This document shows positions 31,127-40,894 of a stretch of DNA of 64,000 nt, in pieces. The position numbers and the translations under genes are program-made. The stretch is from positions 43,022-107,021 of the forward strand of contig CAVUOR010000002.1 in assembly GCA_963743145.1 (NCBI GenBank), in the 5' to 3' direction. The number at the start of each line of letters is the position of its first letter. Within the stretch, counting starts at the first letter, position 1. Below the pieces are notes generated by a model. It made no database searches. It was not told where the DNA came from and saw nothing but the letters and a program-made list of their open reading frames with translations. This DNA is from an uncultured Actinomycetota bacterium. Its GTDB lineage: Bacteria > Actinomycetota > Actinomycetes > Mycobacteriales > Mycobacteriaceae.

Positions 31127-32523
31127 CACCGACTCCGGTGTGGGGCACGCCGTGCCGGCCGATCCGGCGCAGTCGAAGTCGGCTGGACGGTCGCCGAAGA
31201 GGCGGCAACTGGGGAATTGTGCGGTACCGGACGGTCGAAGGCGGGCACTCTGCCGGGCGGGCAGGGCATGCCCAGGGGCTGAAAGTAAACAAACAACGGG
31301 TTGGCGGCATCGGCGCAGCAACCAGAATCGCACGGGGCCGGTGTGTTGGAATACTTATCGCGCTCAGAGGCTAGGCCCACAAGTTTCATCGTGATGTGCT
31401 CAGCCAAGTGGCCGCCCACGGTGATCGACTCACCTCCGATGGTGAGGTCACTGACCCGAAAGCCAAGTCGGTCAGGCACTTCGAAAACGGCCCGCTCAAT
31501 CAGCCCCGGGGAGCCGCGCAGGATCTGAAACCAGCCCGGATCGACGGGTTTGCCGTCCGGAGTTGCCCAGCCGGCGATGTTGAGGTTGTCGATATAAAGT
31601 CCGACAGGGTTGCGCAAGGTAATCGCGAAACCCATCGACGCGAGCTCGTTGACGCTGGCCCCGATCGTGGGATCACTGCACCGGTTGGCCCCGCCGTATT
31701 TTGCGCAGCAGATCAGCGCGTCCGGATCCGAAGTCCGAGGCCCGCCGGGGCCCTTCGGCGAACGCAAGATGGTGGCATCGGCCCCGAGCCTGATTTCCGC
31801 GCCGAGCGTGTTGGCCGGTTGGTTGAGGTGCATGATTCCGTCGACGGTGTTCCACCGGTTATACGGGTTGTACGTTCCCTTCGCATACACCACGGTCGGG
31901 GCGTCGGGATCGGAGTAGTCCACAAGGTCGACGGCACAGACGAGGTCTTCGCAACGCACCTGGGGACTCACATACTCCTGGTACAACTCAACCAGCAGAT
32001 CGGGATCTCCGACCGTGGGATAGGTGGGCACGCCGTCGATGCTCGGCAACGTGTCACCGTGCATCGCCTGCCAGTATTCGGGCGGCTCGGCGGTAAAAGT
32101 CACCCGCCGGATGCCGCCATCGGGATCTCGGGTGACCCGCCACTCGCAGTACTCGTCTTGAGGCCGGTAATAGAGGTCGTTCCACTGCCCGCCGACCTGG
32201 TAAGAGCCCGGACCGTCGATCCGCTGGGTGAGCGGGGTCAGCTGCTCAGCGATCGCCAGGGCCCTGGCGCGACCCCAGCGTTTGCGCAACGTCCCCGAAA
32301 AGGCGTTCCATACGATCTCCTGCTCGACGGTCGGCCCCACCGGCGGTGTCGTCAACTGGTTGTAGTACTGGCATGGCTGGCCGCGAAGCGCGCCGGCCTG
32401 CGCCGCGATGGATTCATCGAACCAACCCGACACTGCGTGGCTCCAGCGCGCCAGCTGCCCAGGAATCTTGTCGAAATCCGTCATATAGGCGGGAGGGTCG
32501 TACGCGGTCAGCATCGTCGACAT
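31126..32523 (-). CDS. Conserved-looking uncharacterised protein, translationally coupled to DyP
   Basis: Globular composition with QDEYCEW, FTAEPPEYW, YNPYNRWN, HLNQPANTLGAEI, LICCA..G..NRCSDP.IG; Cys-rich tail. Confidence 0.8.
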   Translation of the reverse strand: MSTMLTAYDPPAYMTDFDKIPGQLARWSHAVSGWFDESIAAQAGALRGQPCQYYNQLTTPPVGPTVEQEIVWNAFSGTLRKRWGRARALAIAEQLTPLTQRIDGPGSYQVGGQWNDLYYRPQDEYCEWRVTRDPDGGIRRVTFTAEPPEYWQAMHGDTLPSIDGVPTYPTVGDPDLLVELYQEYVSPQVRCEDLVCAVDLVDYSDPDAPTVVYAKGTYNPYNRWNTVDGIMHLNQPANTLGAEIRLGADATILRSPKGPGGPRTSDPDALICCAKYGGANRCSDPTIGASVNELASMGFAITLRNPVGLYIDNLNIAGWATPDGKPVDPGWFQILRGSPGLIERAVFEVPDRLGFRVSDLTIGGESITVGGHLAEHITMKLVGLASERDKYSNTPAPCDSGCCADAANPLFVYFQPLGMPCPPGRVPAFDRPVPHNSPVAASSATVQPTSTAPDRPARRAPHRSR

Positions 32524-32889
32524 CGCACCATCAAACCGCGACCCGTCCCGCACAGCCCGCGCGGTCTTTCCATGATTCTCCCGATCCACTGAACCGCGGT
32601 ATCAGCAGGTGTCAGCTTGCCAAAGAGGCTGCCCCTAAATGCGTGAAATCACTGGATCGTGTTGACTTTGTTGGCTCTTCGTAAATGAGAGTGCACCGGT
32701 GGCTGGCGGATATCCGCATGGTGGATTCGTGTGGCTGAGCTGAGGTGGGGCCTTGGTGGGTGACGATTCGGGTTCCTACACACTTCTCGTCGACATCACC
32801 GAGGTGACCCGTGCCTGAGGCTACCATTTGCTGTCGGCCACTTGGGCCTAGCGAGCAGCACCGCCACCACCATTCGTGGTCGGACAACG

Positions 32890-33517
32890 ATGACACGCGC
32901 CGTCGTGATGCGATCCGGTATCGCCACCGCCCTGCTGATCCTGGTGCTCGTCGCCGGATGTGGTCACCAGAGTCCGCTCGGCCCCCCACACACCCACCGG
33001 CGCAACGATTCTCGGAGGACCTGACGTGACATCCGCATCACCACCGCCGCCAGGCTGGACACAGCGGCCCGTGATACCGGCCAGCCAGCAGCAGGCCCAG
33101 GACACCATCATCGGCTACCTCAAAAAGACCCTGCAGGTGCTGCCAGCGGGCACCACTCTGGATGCCACCCGCTACAGCGGCGGCACCAACACGCCGCCCT
33201 GCAAAGACGTGGACACCGGCAAGGCACCTGTCTCATTTGCGACGATTGGTGAACTCAACCTTCCAGCCGGTGTCGACCAAGTCGGCATCGTTACCCAACT
33301 AGGCGATACCTGGAAAAGCTGGGGCTGGTACGTCATCGAACGCGACGGTTTCCGCAAACCCAACCGCTTCGGGTACGCCCCGGACGGCTACATCCTGCAA
33401 ATCATGGCGAAAGACCCTGTGACTGATCCGCCGACACTTAAAGGGGATTCCCCCTGCTTCTCCGGCGACCTCCCCAACGACCGCAGTCCTTTCCCGATGG
33501 TCCTCAAAGCCGACTGA
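32890..33517 (+). CDS. Putative lipoprotein (frameshift in C-run near 32985)
   Basis: Signal peptide and lipobox LVAGC in frame 32842-33024; mature domain in ORF 32960-33517. Confidence 0.65.
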
Positions 33518-33873
33518 GGCGATCCCCTTCCACCGCCGACATCCAGCCCTGGGCCATTTAGCTCCGACGTACTTCGGCCGGCAGAAGGTACGGGTTTCCG
33601 GTTCACCCTCCCGCCGAAGCGCTGCGGCGCAACACTCAACAGCGAGGGTCGGTGATTCCACCGGACCACGGATAGGTCGTCAGTCTTGATGTGTACCAAC
33701 CCGCCGTCCTATGGATTAACTGATTCAATCCCAGTACCGCGCACCAGTGTTTGTGCTGCTAGATAGCTGTTTCTAGCTCAAGATATTGGGCTTGCACCAC
33801 ATATGCACCACATAGCTGGCGATGTCGGTGTGCGGTGCCAGGGTGAACTTCCCCAGCAAGGAAGGACACCACC

Positions 33874-34116
33874 ATGAGAAACATCGTTCTAGCCGCCGCG
33901 TCTGTGGCGGCCGTGATGATCTCGCCGGCCGGGACAGCTGGCGCCGATCCGGCACCACCATCTGGACCCGGGTATCAAATCCCCGGCCCGGACGGCCCGA
34001 CGTTCCCAGGCACCCAAACTTATCCGCCCTGGTGCGCCCGAAACATGCTCGCGTGCGGGTTCCGGTACGACCCGGGCACCGGGACCTGGAACCCGAGCGG
34101 CTCAGGCGACGAATGA
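33874..34116 (+). CDS. Small secreted protein
   Basis: AAGGA RBS, signal peptide ending AGA-DP, Cys pair. Confidence 0.75.
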   Translation: MRNIVLAAASVAAVMISPAGTAGADPAPPSGPGYQIPGPDGPTFPGTQTYPPWCARNMLACGFRYDPGTGTWNPSGSGDE

Positions 34117-34215
34117 CCTAATTCCGTTTCGTCGGAACGTTTGTCAGATTCCCGACAGTCCGCTTCCGCAACCCTTACGCTCCAATCAGCCTGGTCATCG
34201 GCGCTTGGAGTGGCT

Positions 34216-34725
34216 ATGTGGAATTTTCGCCGTGTTCTCGTCGCCCTTGTCGGAGTAATCACCTTGGCACTGTTGGCGCCTTGGGGCGCCCCGAAAGCCG
34301 TCGCCGACGGGGACCGGCTGGGGTGCAATACGTATTGCCAGAGCGCGGGCCAGTACGGCGCCGTCGGACAACCGCCGCCGTCGCCCGTCACGATCCTCTC
34401 CAGCGGAACCGTCACCGCCGACGCGGATGGCTATGTCCCGGTGACCTTGAAATGCAACGCGACAACGCAGTGCGTCGGCGCTCTCATGCTCGATTTGCAC
34501 GGATGGTCCAACCCGCAAGGAATGTCTTGGGTCAGCGGCAGATCGGATCTTGTCGTGAACGCGGGCGCGACGCGGACCATCGGTGTGCCGCTGGCGGCGG
34601 GGGCGATCGCCTTTTTGCGATCCCAGGGCCCGACCGCCCTCGACGTGACTGCAGACACCAACGCTACGCCCGGCGGCCCCTACCAGCTCGCCGGGGCCAC
34701 GCTGACGGTGGCAGCTCCGGGATGA
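34216..34725 (+). CDS. Secreted protein, paralog A
   Basis: GGAG RBS, signal peptide (AVA-DG), motifs LGCNTYCQSAG, DADGYVPVTLKCN, SDLVV.AGAT.TIGV. Confidence 0.75.
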   Translation: MWNFRRVLVALVGVITLALLAPWGAPKAVADGDRLGCNTYCQSAGQYGAVGQPPPSPVTILSSGTVTADADGYVPVTLKCNATTQCVGALMLDLHGWSNPQGMSWVSGRSDLVVNAGATRTIGVPLAAGAIAFLRSQGPTALDVTADTNATPGGPYQLAGATLTVAAPG

Positions 34726-34726
34726 G

Positions 34727-35407
34727 ATGAAGCTGCCGAGGTCCCGGCCCACCCGCCGCGATATGCTCGTCGCGGCAGCGCCCCGGCCAGCCCGGCCATC
34801 GATCACCACGGTGGCGGTTGGAGTGCTCACCGTCGGATTCTTGGCGTCGTGTGGAGGCCACACGATCACCGGCGCCCCCGTCGAGCACACCCCTCCGTCG
34901 CAGCCGGCCGGCGCAAGCGGCGAGGTCCGGCTCGGGTGTGGAACGTATTGCCAGAGCGCAGGCGCCATCAGCGGCACCGTGGGCCCAGGTCAGGCGGGGA
35001 TCAGGATTGTTTCCGACGGAACTATCACCCTCGACGCGGATGGCTATCTACCCGTGACCGTGACCTGCAATCTGCCGGTGCAGTGCCGGGGTTACCTGAG
35101 CGCCGTCAACACCGACGTCCAACCAAATAACATGGCCAAATCGGACCTTGTGGTGGACGCGGGCGCGACGGCGACGATCGGTGTCGGGTTGCCGGCCCAG
35201 TTAGTCGCCTACCTCCGAGCCCATCAACCGACCGGTGTTGAAGTGACCGCTGACATCGGCCCGTCGCTAGGGTTGGACTTCGAATGCACCCGCCACGATG
35301 GGGTTCCGCTTCCCGGGCTTCGCTGCCCGGGCCCCGACGAGTACGGTCCCTACGACGGGTTCAGTCTCCAGAGCGTCGCCAACCCGCTCGTGGTAGCTGC
35401 GGGATGA
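34727..35407 (+). CDS. Putative lipoprotein, paralog B
   Basis: Lipobox LASC; same motifs as paralog A (LGCGTYCQSAG, DADGYLPVTVTCN, SDLVV.AGAT.TIGV). Confidence 0.75.
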   Translation: MKLPRSRPTRRDMLVAAAPRPARPSITTVAVGVLTVGFLASCGGHTITGAPVEHTPPSQPAGASGEVRLGCGTYCQSAGAISGTVGPGQAGIRIVSDGTITLDADGYLPVTVTCNLPVQCRGYLSAVNTDVQPNNMAKSDLVVDAGATATIGVGLPAQLVAYLRAHQPTGVEVTADIGPSLGLDFECTRHDGVPLPGLRCPGPDEYGPYDGFSLQSVANPLVVAAG

Positions 35408-35408
35408 C

Positions 35409-37055
35409 GTGAAGCTGGCGAGGTCCCGGCTGACCCGCCGCGGCATGCTTGCCGCGACAGTTGCGGCCGTTATCACGGTTTTGGTGCTGGTCTTTTACAC
35501 ACTCGGGTTGTTGAACAACCTTGAGCGGCAAAGCGTCGACGAGCGGTTCTCGTGGCGGGGAACTCAATCGCCTGGCAGCCAGATCGTGATTGTCGCGATC
35601 GACCAGACAACGCTGCGGACACTGGCTATTCGGCCGCCGCTGCCCCGTTCTTACTACGCCCAAGTGCTTGACCGTGTGCGCGCGGGGTCACCACGGGTGA
35701 TCGGTGTGGACGCGCAGTTTATCGGGCGCTCCGATCCCGCCGACGACAATGCGCTGCTGGCCGCCATCGCCCGTGATGGACCGGTGTTGCTGGTCACCCA
35801 CGACGGGCCCCAGGGGCCGATCCCGGTGCCCGCCGACGTACCTGACGCGCCGGGAGCGGTCGTGGCGAGCGCGGCCATCGACACCGACCCCGATGGTGTG
35901 CTGCGCAAGATGATGTATGCGCCAATGCGCCAGGAGACATTCGCCGTCCGCGCCGCCGAAATGATCCGCAACCAACCGGTCAACCCCGCCGGCTTCCCCG
36001 GCAACTACGCCTGGATCGACTTCCGCGGGCCCCCAGGCACATTCCCGCACTAACTCATTCGCCGACGTCATGGCGCGCAAGATCACGGCGACCGCGTTTA
36101 CCGGCAAGACGGTGCTCATCGGTATTACCGATCCCGCAGCCGCAGCCCAAGACGAGGATTTGTTCGTGACGTCAATCTCATCGAATCCCATGCCCGGGGT
36201 CGAGGTCCAGGCCAACGCACTGTGGACCGTCCTTGCCGGCTTCCCTCTCAAATCAGCAGGCACACCGATAGATATCGCGCTCATCCTCGCCCTCATCGCG
36301 ATTCCCGCGACCATCGGGGCCCGCAAATCGGGCCTGGTCACGCTGGCCGGATCGATTGGGTTGCTCGTCATCTTCCTCGCCGGTGTGCAACTGGCCTTCA
36401 ATGCAGGCTGGATCGCGGCGGTCACTTACCCGGTCGTTGGTCTGGCCATCACCGCGGCCGGCATGGTCGGCGTGGACGCATACATAGAGCGGCGGCAACG
36501 CGCGGCGCTCGAACGCGCACTGGGCGACCTGCTGCCGCCGCAGTCGCCTCCTGCCTTCTTCATCAGCTACCGGCGCGATCAGAACACCTGGCAGGCCCGC
36601 GACATCCGGCGCGAACTCGCGCGGCGATACGGAGACACCAGCGTCTTCATGGACACCTCCTCGATCGAATACGGAGATTTTTCCCGAACAGATCGCCACC
36701 GCCATCAGAGGGTGCAGCCTGATGCTCGTGCTGATCGGACCACAATGGCTCGAACCCATCGCCGGCACTCGGCGGATCGACGACCCGAACGACTGGGTGC
36801 GCCACGAGATCGAAGCCGGCCTACAGCGTCGAGAAGCCGTCATCGTTTCCGGTACTTCTGGACGGAGCGCACGCCCCCACCGACGCCGAACTGCCCGAAT
36901 CCATTAAGGCTTTGGCCGCCCTACACGCAGTCGCCATCACCGGTGACGACCTCCCCGCCGACATCGACAACCTGCTGAGCTCCGTCGAACGCGGCCGGCG
37001 ACGAGCCGCAAAGTCCCACAGCGGTTCACCGACCACCGCCCCGCCTCAAAGATAG
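35409..37055 (+). CDS. CHASE2 sensor - transmembrane - TIR domain protein (indels near 36052, 36678, 36847)
   Basis: CHASE2 motifs IVIVAIDQ, IGVD, DPDGVLR, GKTVLIG, MPGVEVQAN; three TM helices; TIR FFISYRR..VFMD..LVLIGPQW..DWVRHEI..PVLLDG after frame repair. Confidence 0.8.
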
Positions 37056-37188
37056 TCACGATTCGGCAGTCTTGCGGCCGCGTATCCGTTGGGATGCAAG
37101 TCTTTTGGGATGCCGACGGCAAGTCGCCATTTTCAGCGGTTAATGGATTGGTCGCGGCTGGCCAGCGGAACCAGTGGCCGGCGGTCAT

Positions 37189-38058
37189 TCACTTTCGCTT
37201 TCTGCGGCCACGCTCGTAGCGATCAGCCACCCGAAGCGGTGGGATGCGGCTGTAGTCGATCTCGTGCAGCTCGGCGTCCTTGGCCTCTTGCTCGGCCCAG
37301 ATCTCCTGCACCTGACGCTGTCGCGCCAGTACGAACGCGAAACAATCGTTAAAGCACAGAACCTCTGACCGGTGGGTCGTTCGAATCTCGTCGACGCCGA
37401 CATTCAGCGCATCGTCATCGAATTCCGACAGCAGCGACATGTATCTGTTTCGCACCATGTCCAGGTAGACGTGCTTCGGGAAGCGCAGCGGGAACGACTC
37501 GTAGCTCACCGACGTCTCCAACCCGGCGTCGCGCAGATACCCCGCGATTGCTTCCGGATCAGGCTGTAGCGACTCGAAAAGCTCGACAGCGGCGCTAAAC
37601 AGCGGATAGTCGATGTGGGTCGGCAGCATGACGATAAGCAGCCGCCCGTCTTCAGCCAGCAGACCCGCTAATCCCGCCAGCGTTTGTGCGGTGTCGTGGA
37701 AGTGGTGCACCGCCTCCTTGATCAGCAACCGGTCCACCTTCTGAACCGGCAGCCTCGCGCTTCCCGCCGCCAGGTCTTCCCCTCTTGCCCGCACCGGCAG
37801 GTAGGTGTCCTTCTTGGGCAGCTGCGCGAGCATGTCTGCGGACGGGTCGACACAGATAACCCATCCGGCGACCTCGCCGAGTCCCCGGCAGTACAGGCCG
37901 GTTCCGCAGCCCAGATCGACCACCCGCGAGGACGCCACCGGCTGCAGGTAGTCGACGATCAGCCGGTTCACCCAGTCGATGAAACCTGAGCTGTAGGCCC
38001 AGTACTGGTCATAGGTTTTCGCCAGTCGCGCATAGTGTTCGCTTGTGTCACCCGGCAT
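37189..38058 (-). CDS. Class I SAM-dependent methyltransferase
   Basis: VVDLGCGTG motif I, CVDPS, KEAVHH. Confidence 0.88.
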   Translation of the reverse strand: MPGDTSEHYARLAKTYDQYWAYSSGFIDWVNRLIVDYLQPVASSRVVDLGCGTGLYCRGLGEVAGWVICVDPSADMLAQLPKKDTYLPVRARGEDLAAGSARLPVQKVDRLLIKEAVHHFHDTAQTLAGLAGLLAEDGRLLIVMLPTHIDYPLFSAAVELFESLQPDPEAIAGYLRDAGLETSVSYESFPLRFPKHVYLDMVRNRYMSLLSEFDDDALNVGVDEIRTTHRSEVLCFNDCFAFVLARQRQVQEIWAEQEAKDAELHEIDYSRIPPLRVADRYERGRRKRK

Positions 38059-38473
38059 GGGCGCTGCGCATCACGTGTAGTAGTCCTCCACGTCTTGCTC
38101 CTCTAGCTTCACCACGAAAGTAGCTTCACCATGAAAGTCGCGCGTCACAGCCGCGCGGAGCCCTGGGCCTCCCTACGGCATACCGGGCGCGATCCGCAGG
38201 GGCGACACATTCGTCGAAGACGGCCCCCTGGGAGCCAGGTGCTCGGGGTTGGTCGTGCGGGTGACGCGGCAATCTCGCCGATTGTCCGGCGCTGCCAAGC
38301 TGAATACGCTGCCCGCACTTCCCATGAAGGACTCGGTGGGGACCGCCAGGAGATACCAGCCGGGCTTCCAGTCGGCGATCCCGCCGAAGCGCTGCAGCGG
38401 GTGGCATCGTGGATTCTGGTGCCGCGAGGCCTACCAGTTGCTGGTGCGCAACCGGCCGTGCCGCTACGGCGAG

Positions 38474-39220
38474 TTACGAGGTTTTTCGCGTCTGGGTCCA
38501 CTGCGCCGACTGGTGATTAAGGCCGTAGAGGCAGCCTTGTATGTAGTCCTGCTGGACAAGGTCGGGGTCCGCGCCCTGGTCGATGTTGAAGGATAATTGG
38601 CACGCTTGGTCATACGGCAACGCCACCCCCATGTACGGCCCAAACGCCTGGACTTCGGCATAGCCATCAGTGCCACTCTTAAGGCCCTGCTGGTAGGACG
38701 GCGAGGACGTGGAGGGCGCGGAGGACGGGGACTGGGACTGGGAGTCTGGCGACGAGGAGGACGGAGAGGACAACGGCCCGTAATACCTGCACGTCGGCGT
38801 ATTGGTGCAGTAGGCCTTATACAGGTACGGGTAATTAGCAACTACCAATACCGCTATCGCTACAAGCCCGGCCATAACGAACATGACTGTGCGTGCGGCA
38901 AACTGACCCGACCGGTCCGCGATCCACACGCCAACGATCACGATCGCGACAGCAGCGATCAGGACTCCTCGCTGTGTCGGGTTCCCGACCAGTAAGAAGG
39001 CGGCAATGGCTAGCAGGGCCAGCCCAGCTAGAACGAACCAGACTAGGCCAGACGGACCCTTCGTCGTGACGGGTGGCTGGGTGGGCGTGACGGGCGTGGG
39101 CGGGGGCGGCAACTCAGCCGGGGGCGGCAGCGGTGCCACGTAGTCGGCGTGCTCCTCCGGTGGATACCACTTGAGATCCGACGCTTGCCACCATCCGGGT
39201 CCCGGCGATACGTCACTCAT
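38474..39220 (-). CDS. Membrane protein with N-terminal PGWW..WYPP (DUF2510-like) motif
   Basis: MSDVSPGPGWWQASDLKWYPP, Pro-rich linker, three TMs, small Cys-containing C-terminal domain. Confidence 0.7.
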   Translation of the reverse strand: MSDVSPGPGWWQASDLKWYPPEEHADYVAPLPPPAELPPPPTPVTPTQPPVTTKGPSGLVWFVLAGLALLAIAAFLLVGNPTQRGVLIAAVAIVIVGVWIADRSGQFAARTVMFVMAGLVAIAVLVVANYPYLYKAYCTNTPTCRYYGPLSSPSSSSPDSQSQSPSSAPSTSSPSYQQGLKSGTDGYAEVQAFGPYMGVALPYDQACQLSFNIDQGADPDLVQQDYIQGCLYGLNHQSAQWTQTRKTS

Positions 39221-39243
39221 CGTCGCCTCGATTTCGCTCCCGA

Positions 39244-40572
39244 TCACCCATCAGCGTGGGCTCCAGCTGGGCCAAGAGTCTTGCTGACAATTTGGGCGCT
39301 GCAATGATCTGGGTCCCTATTCACGCTGCGGCACCAGTTCAGCACACCGTCGGAGTCGGAGTACGTCGTCGGCACAACGGTGACCCAATAGTCGGGTTGA
39401 TCGTATGTTGTCCAGTCGCCTGACCACAGCAGTTTGGCGCCGTATTGCTGGCGGAGCTGCTGATGTTCCTGCAAGATCTGTGCGGGCTCGTACGTCACAT
39501 TGTCTTCTGGGTCGTAAGTCCACGGTTCCGTGCCGTGCTTGGAACTCAGTTGCGGGATCCACTGGCCGACGACTTGGGCGATAGCTGGAGCATCCCGTTC
39601 CTTGAATGCCTGCAGCTGCTGAACGGGATCGGGTGCGGGCGTGTCCGTAGCTGTAGGTGTGGAATCGGGCGTGTCCGTGATTGTGGGTGTGGAAGAAGTG
39701 GATTGACTGGACGGCCCAGTGGATCCGAGGACGACGCCGACCACGATGGCCACGACGGAGACCACGATGCCTGTGGCGAGCGCGATCTTCGTGCGGCGAC
39801 TCAACCGCTCAAAGAGGCGCGCCTTTTCAGTGGACGTATCCGTCGGTGACGCCGCAGCAGCCAGACGATCCCCTGTCGTGGTGGGGCCTGACTTTGGTGC
39901 ATCAGATTGTCCCGGCGTCGAGGCTATGTTGGCGGCGGCAAGCCTGTCTGCGCGAGACTCCTCGTCGGTGGTCGAAGAGTCCTCCCGCGTCGTCTGCTCG
40001 TTGGCGGCAGCGCTTTCTGGTGCAGGTATACCCTGCTCAATCCGGTGCTCGCCGCCGCGTGCGCCTGGCGGTGCCGTCGGGTCCGTGTCGGTACCCAGGC
40101 CGCTCTGCGGTGTCGTCACCGAGCCAGCGCTTGAGCCAACTGTTCCGCTTGCGACGAGGAAGCTCGTGACTGCCACAGCTAGACGCTCAACATGGGCCTC
40201 CAGCGGTGATGTCAACGCATCCAGCCAGTGCGGCGTCCCCAAGTAGTACTTCAGCGATTGTGTGGGAGCGACGTCCTCGATGCGGAACGGGATCAGTACG
40301 GCTTCCGCGTCTACGGCGAGCTGGACCTCTCGTCTGATCTGGGGAGAGGTGTTGGCGTGGCTGCTGAAGACAAGGACCATGACACGCGACGACTGGATCG
40401 CGTCGACGATGGCAGCGCCCCACTCCTGGCCAGGGATGACGTCTCGCGGCGCAACCCCGCACCGGATTCCCTTCGCTTCCAGGGTGGCGCAAACGGCATC
40501 GGCTTGGGGCTTGTCGTGGTGTGAGTAGCTGACAAAGACGTCGTGGGCCACGGGTCCACCCCCTTCGCTCAC
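39244..40572 (-). CDS. TIR domain - linker - TM - extracellular domain protein
   Basis: DVFVSYSHHD, APRDV.PG.EW, SPQIRREV, HWLDA; one TM; C-terminal WIPQLSSK..PDYWVT..WC..C domain. Confidence 0.85.
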   Translation of the reverse strand: MSEGGGPVAHDVFVSYSHHDKPQADAVCATLEAKGIRCGVAPRDVIPGQEWGAAIVDAIQSSRVMVLVFSSHANTSPQIRREVQLAVDAEAVLIPFRIEDVAPTQSLKYYLGTPHWLDALTSPLEAHVERLAVAVTSFLVASGTVGSSAGSVTTPQSGLGTDTDPTAPPGARGGEHRIEQGIPAPESAAANEQTTREDSSTTDEESRADRLAAANIASTPGQSDAPKSGPTTTGDRLAAAASPTDTSTEKARLFERLSRRTKIALATGIVVSVVAIVVGVVLGSTGPSSQSTSSTPTITDTPDSTPTATDTPAPDPVQQLQAFKERDAPAIAQVVGQWIPQLSSKHGTEPWTYDPEDNVTYEPAQILQEHQQLRQQYGAKLLWSGDWTTYDQPDYWVTVVPTTYSDSDGVLNWCRSVNRDPDHCSAQIVSKTLGPAGAHADG

Positions 40573-40685
40573 TGCTCAAACCATCATCGAGGACGTGTTC
40601 TCGCAAAGTCACCCCGGCATTGATATTTGCCTGCTCAGTATGGGCCGGGGGCCGATGTTGTGTCCCGAATGACCTCCAGAGTTCC

Positions 40686-40781
40686 GTCGATCGCCAGCTC
40701 GAGGCCCGAGAAGCTGAAGACGCCTTCGTCTGGGTGACCCACTACGAGCGAGGCTTCTGGGACATGGCGATGTCAGGTTAG
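40686..40781 (+). pseudogene. Possible TenA-family C-terminal remnant
   Basis: AEDAFVWVTHYERGFWDMAMSG* resembles the TenA C-terminal E..FWDMA motif. Confidence 0.3.
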
Positions 40782-40894
40782 ACCGACCGGCATCCAACTC
40801 AGTCCCGTCCGCCCGCATGTGCGAGAGCCCATCACGTGATGGCCTAACCAGGCCGCCAGCGAGCCTGCGGGGCGATAACGGCGAGCTGCAGCAC

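Noticed and set aside
36045-36075. Programmed stop or two-gene split of the CHASE2 gene at TAA 36051-36053
   Set aside because: Removing one A restores a continuous PHYSFADVM CHASE2 sequence, so a simple indel is more parsimonious.
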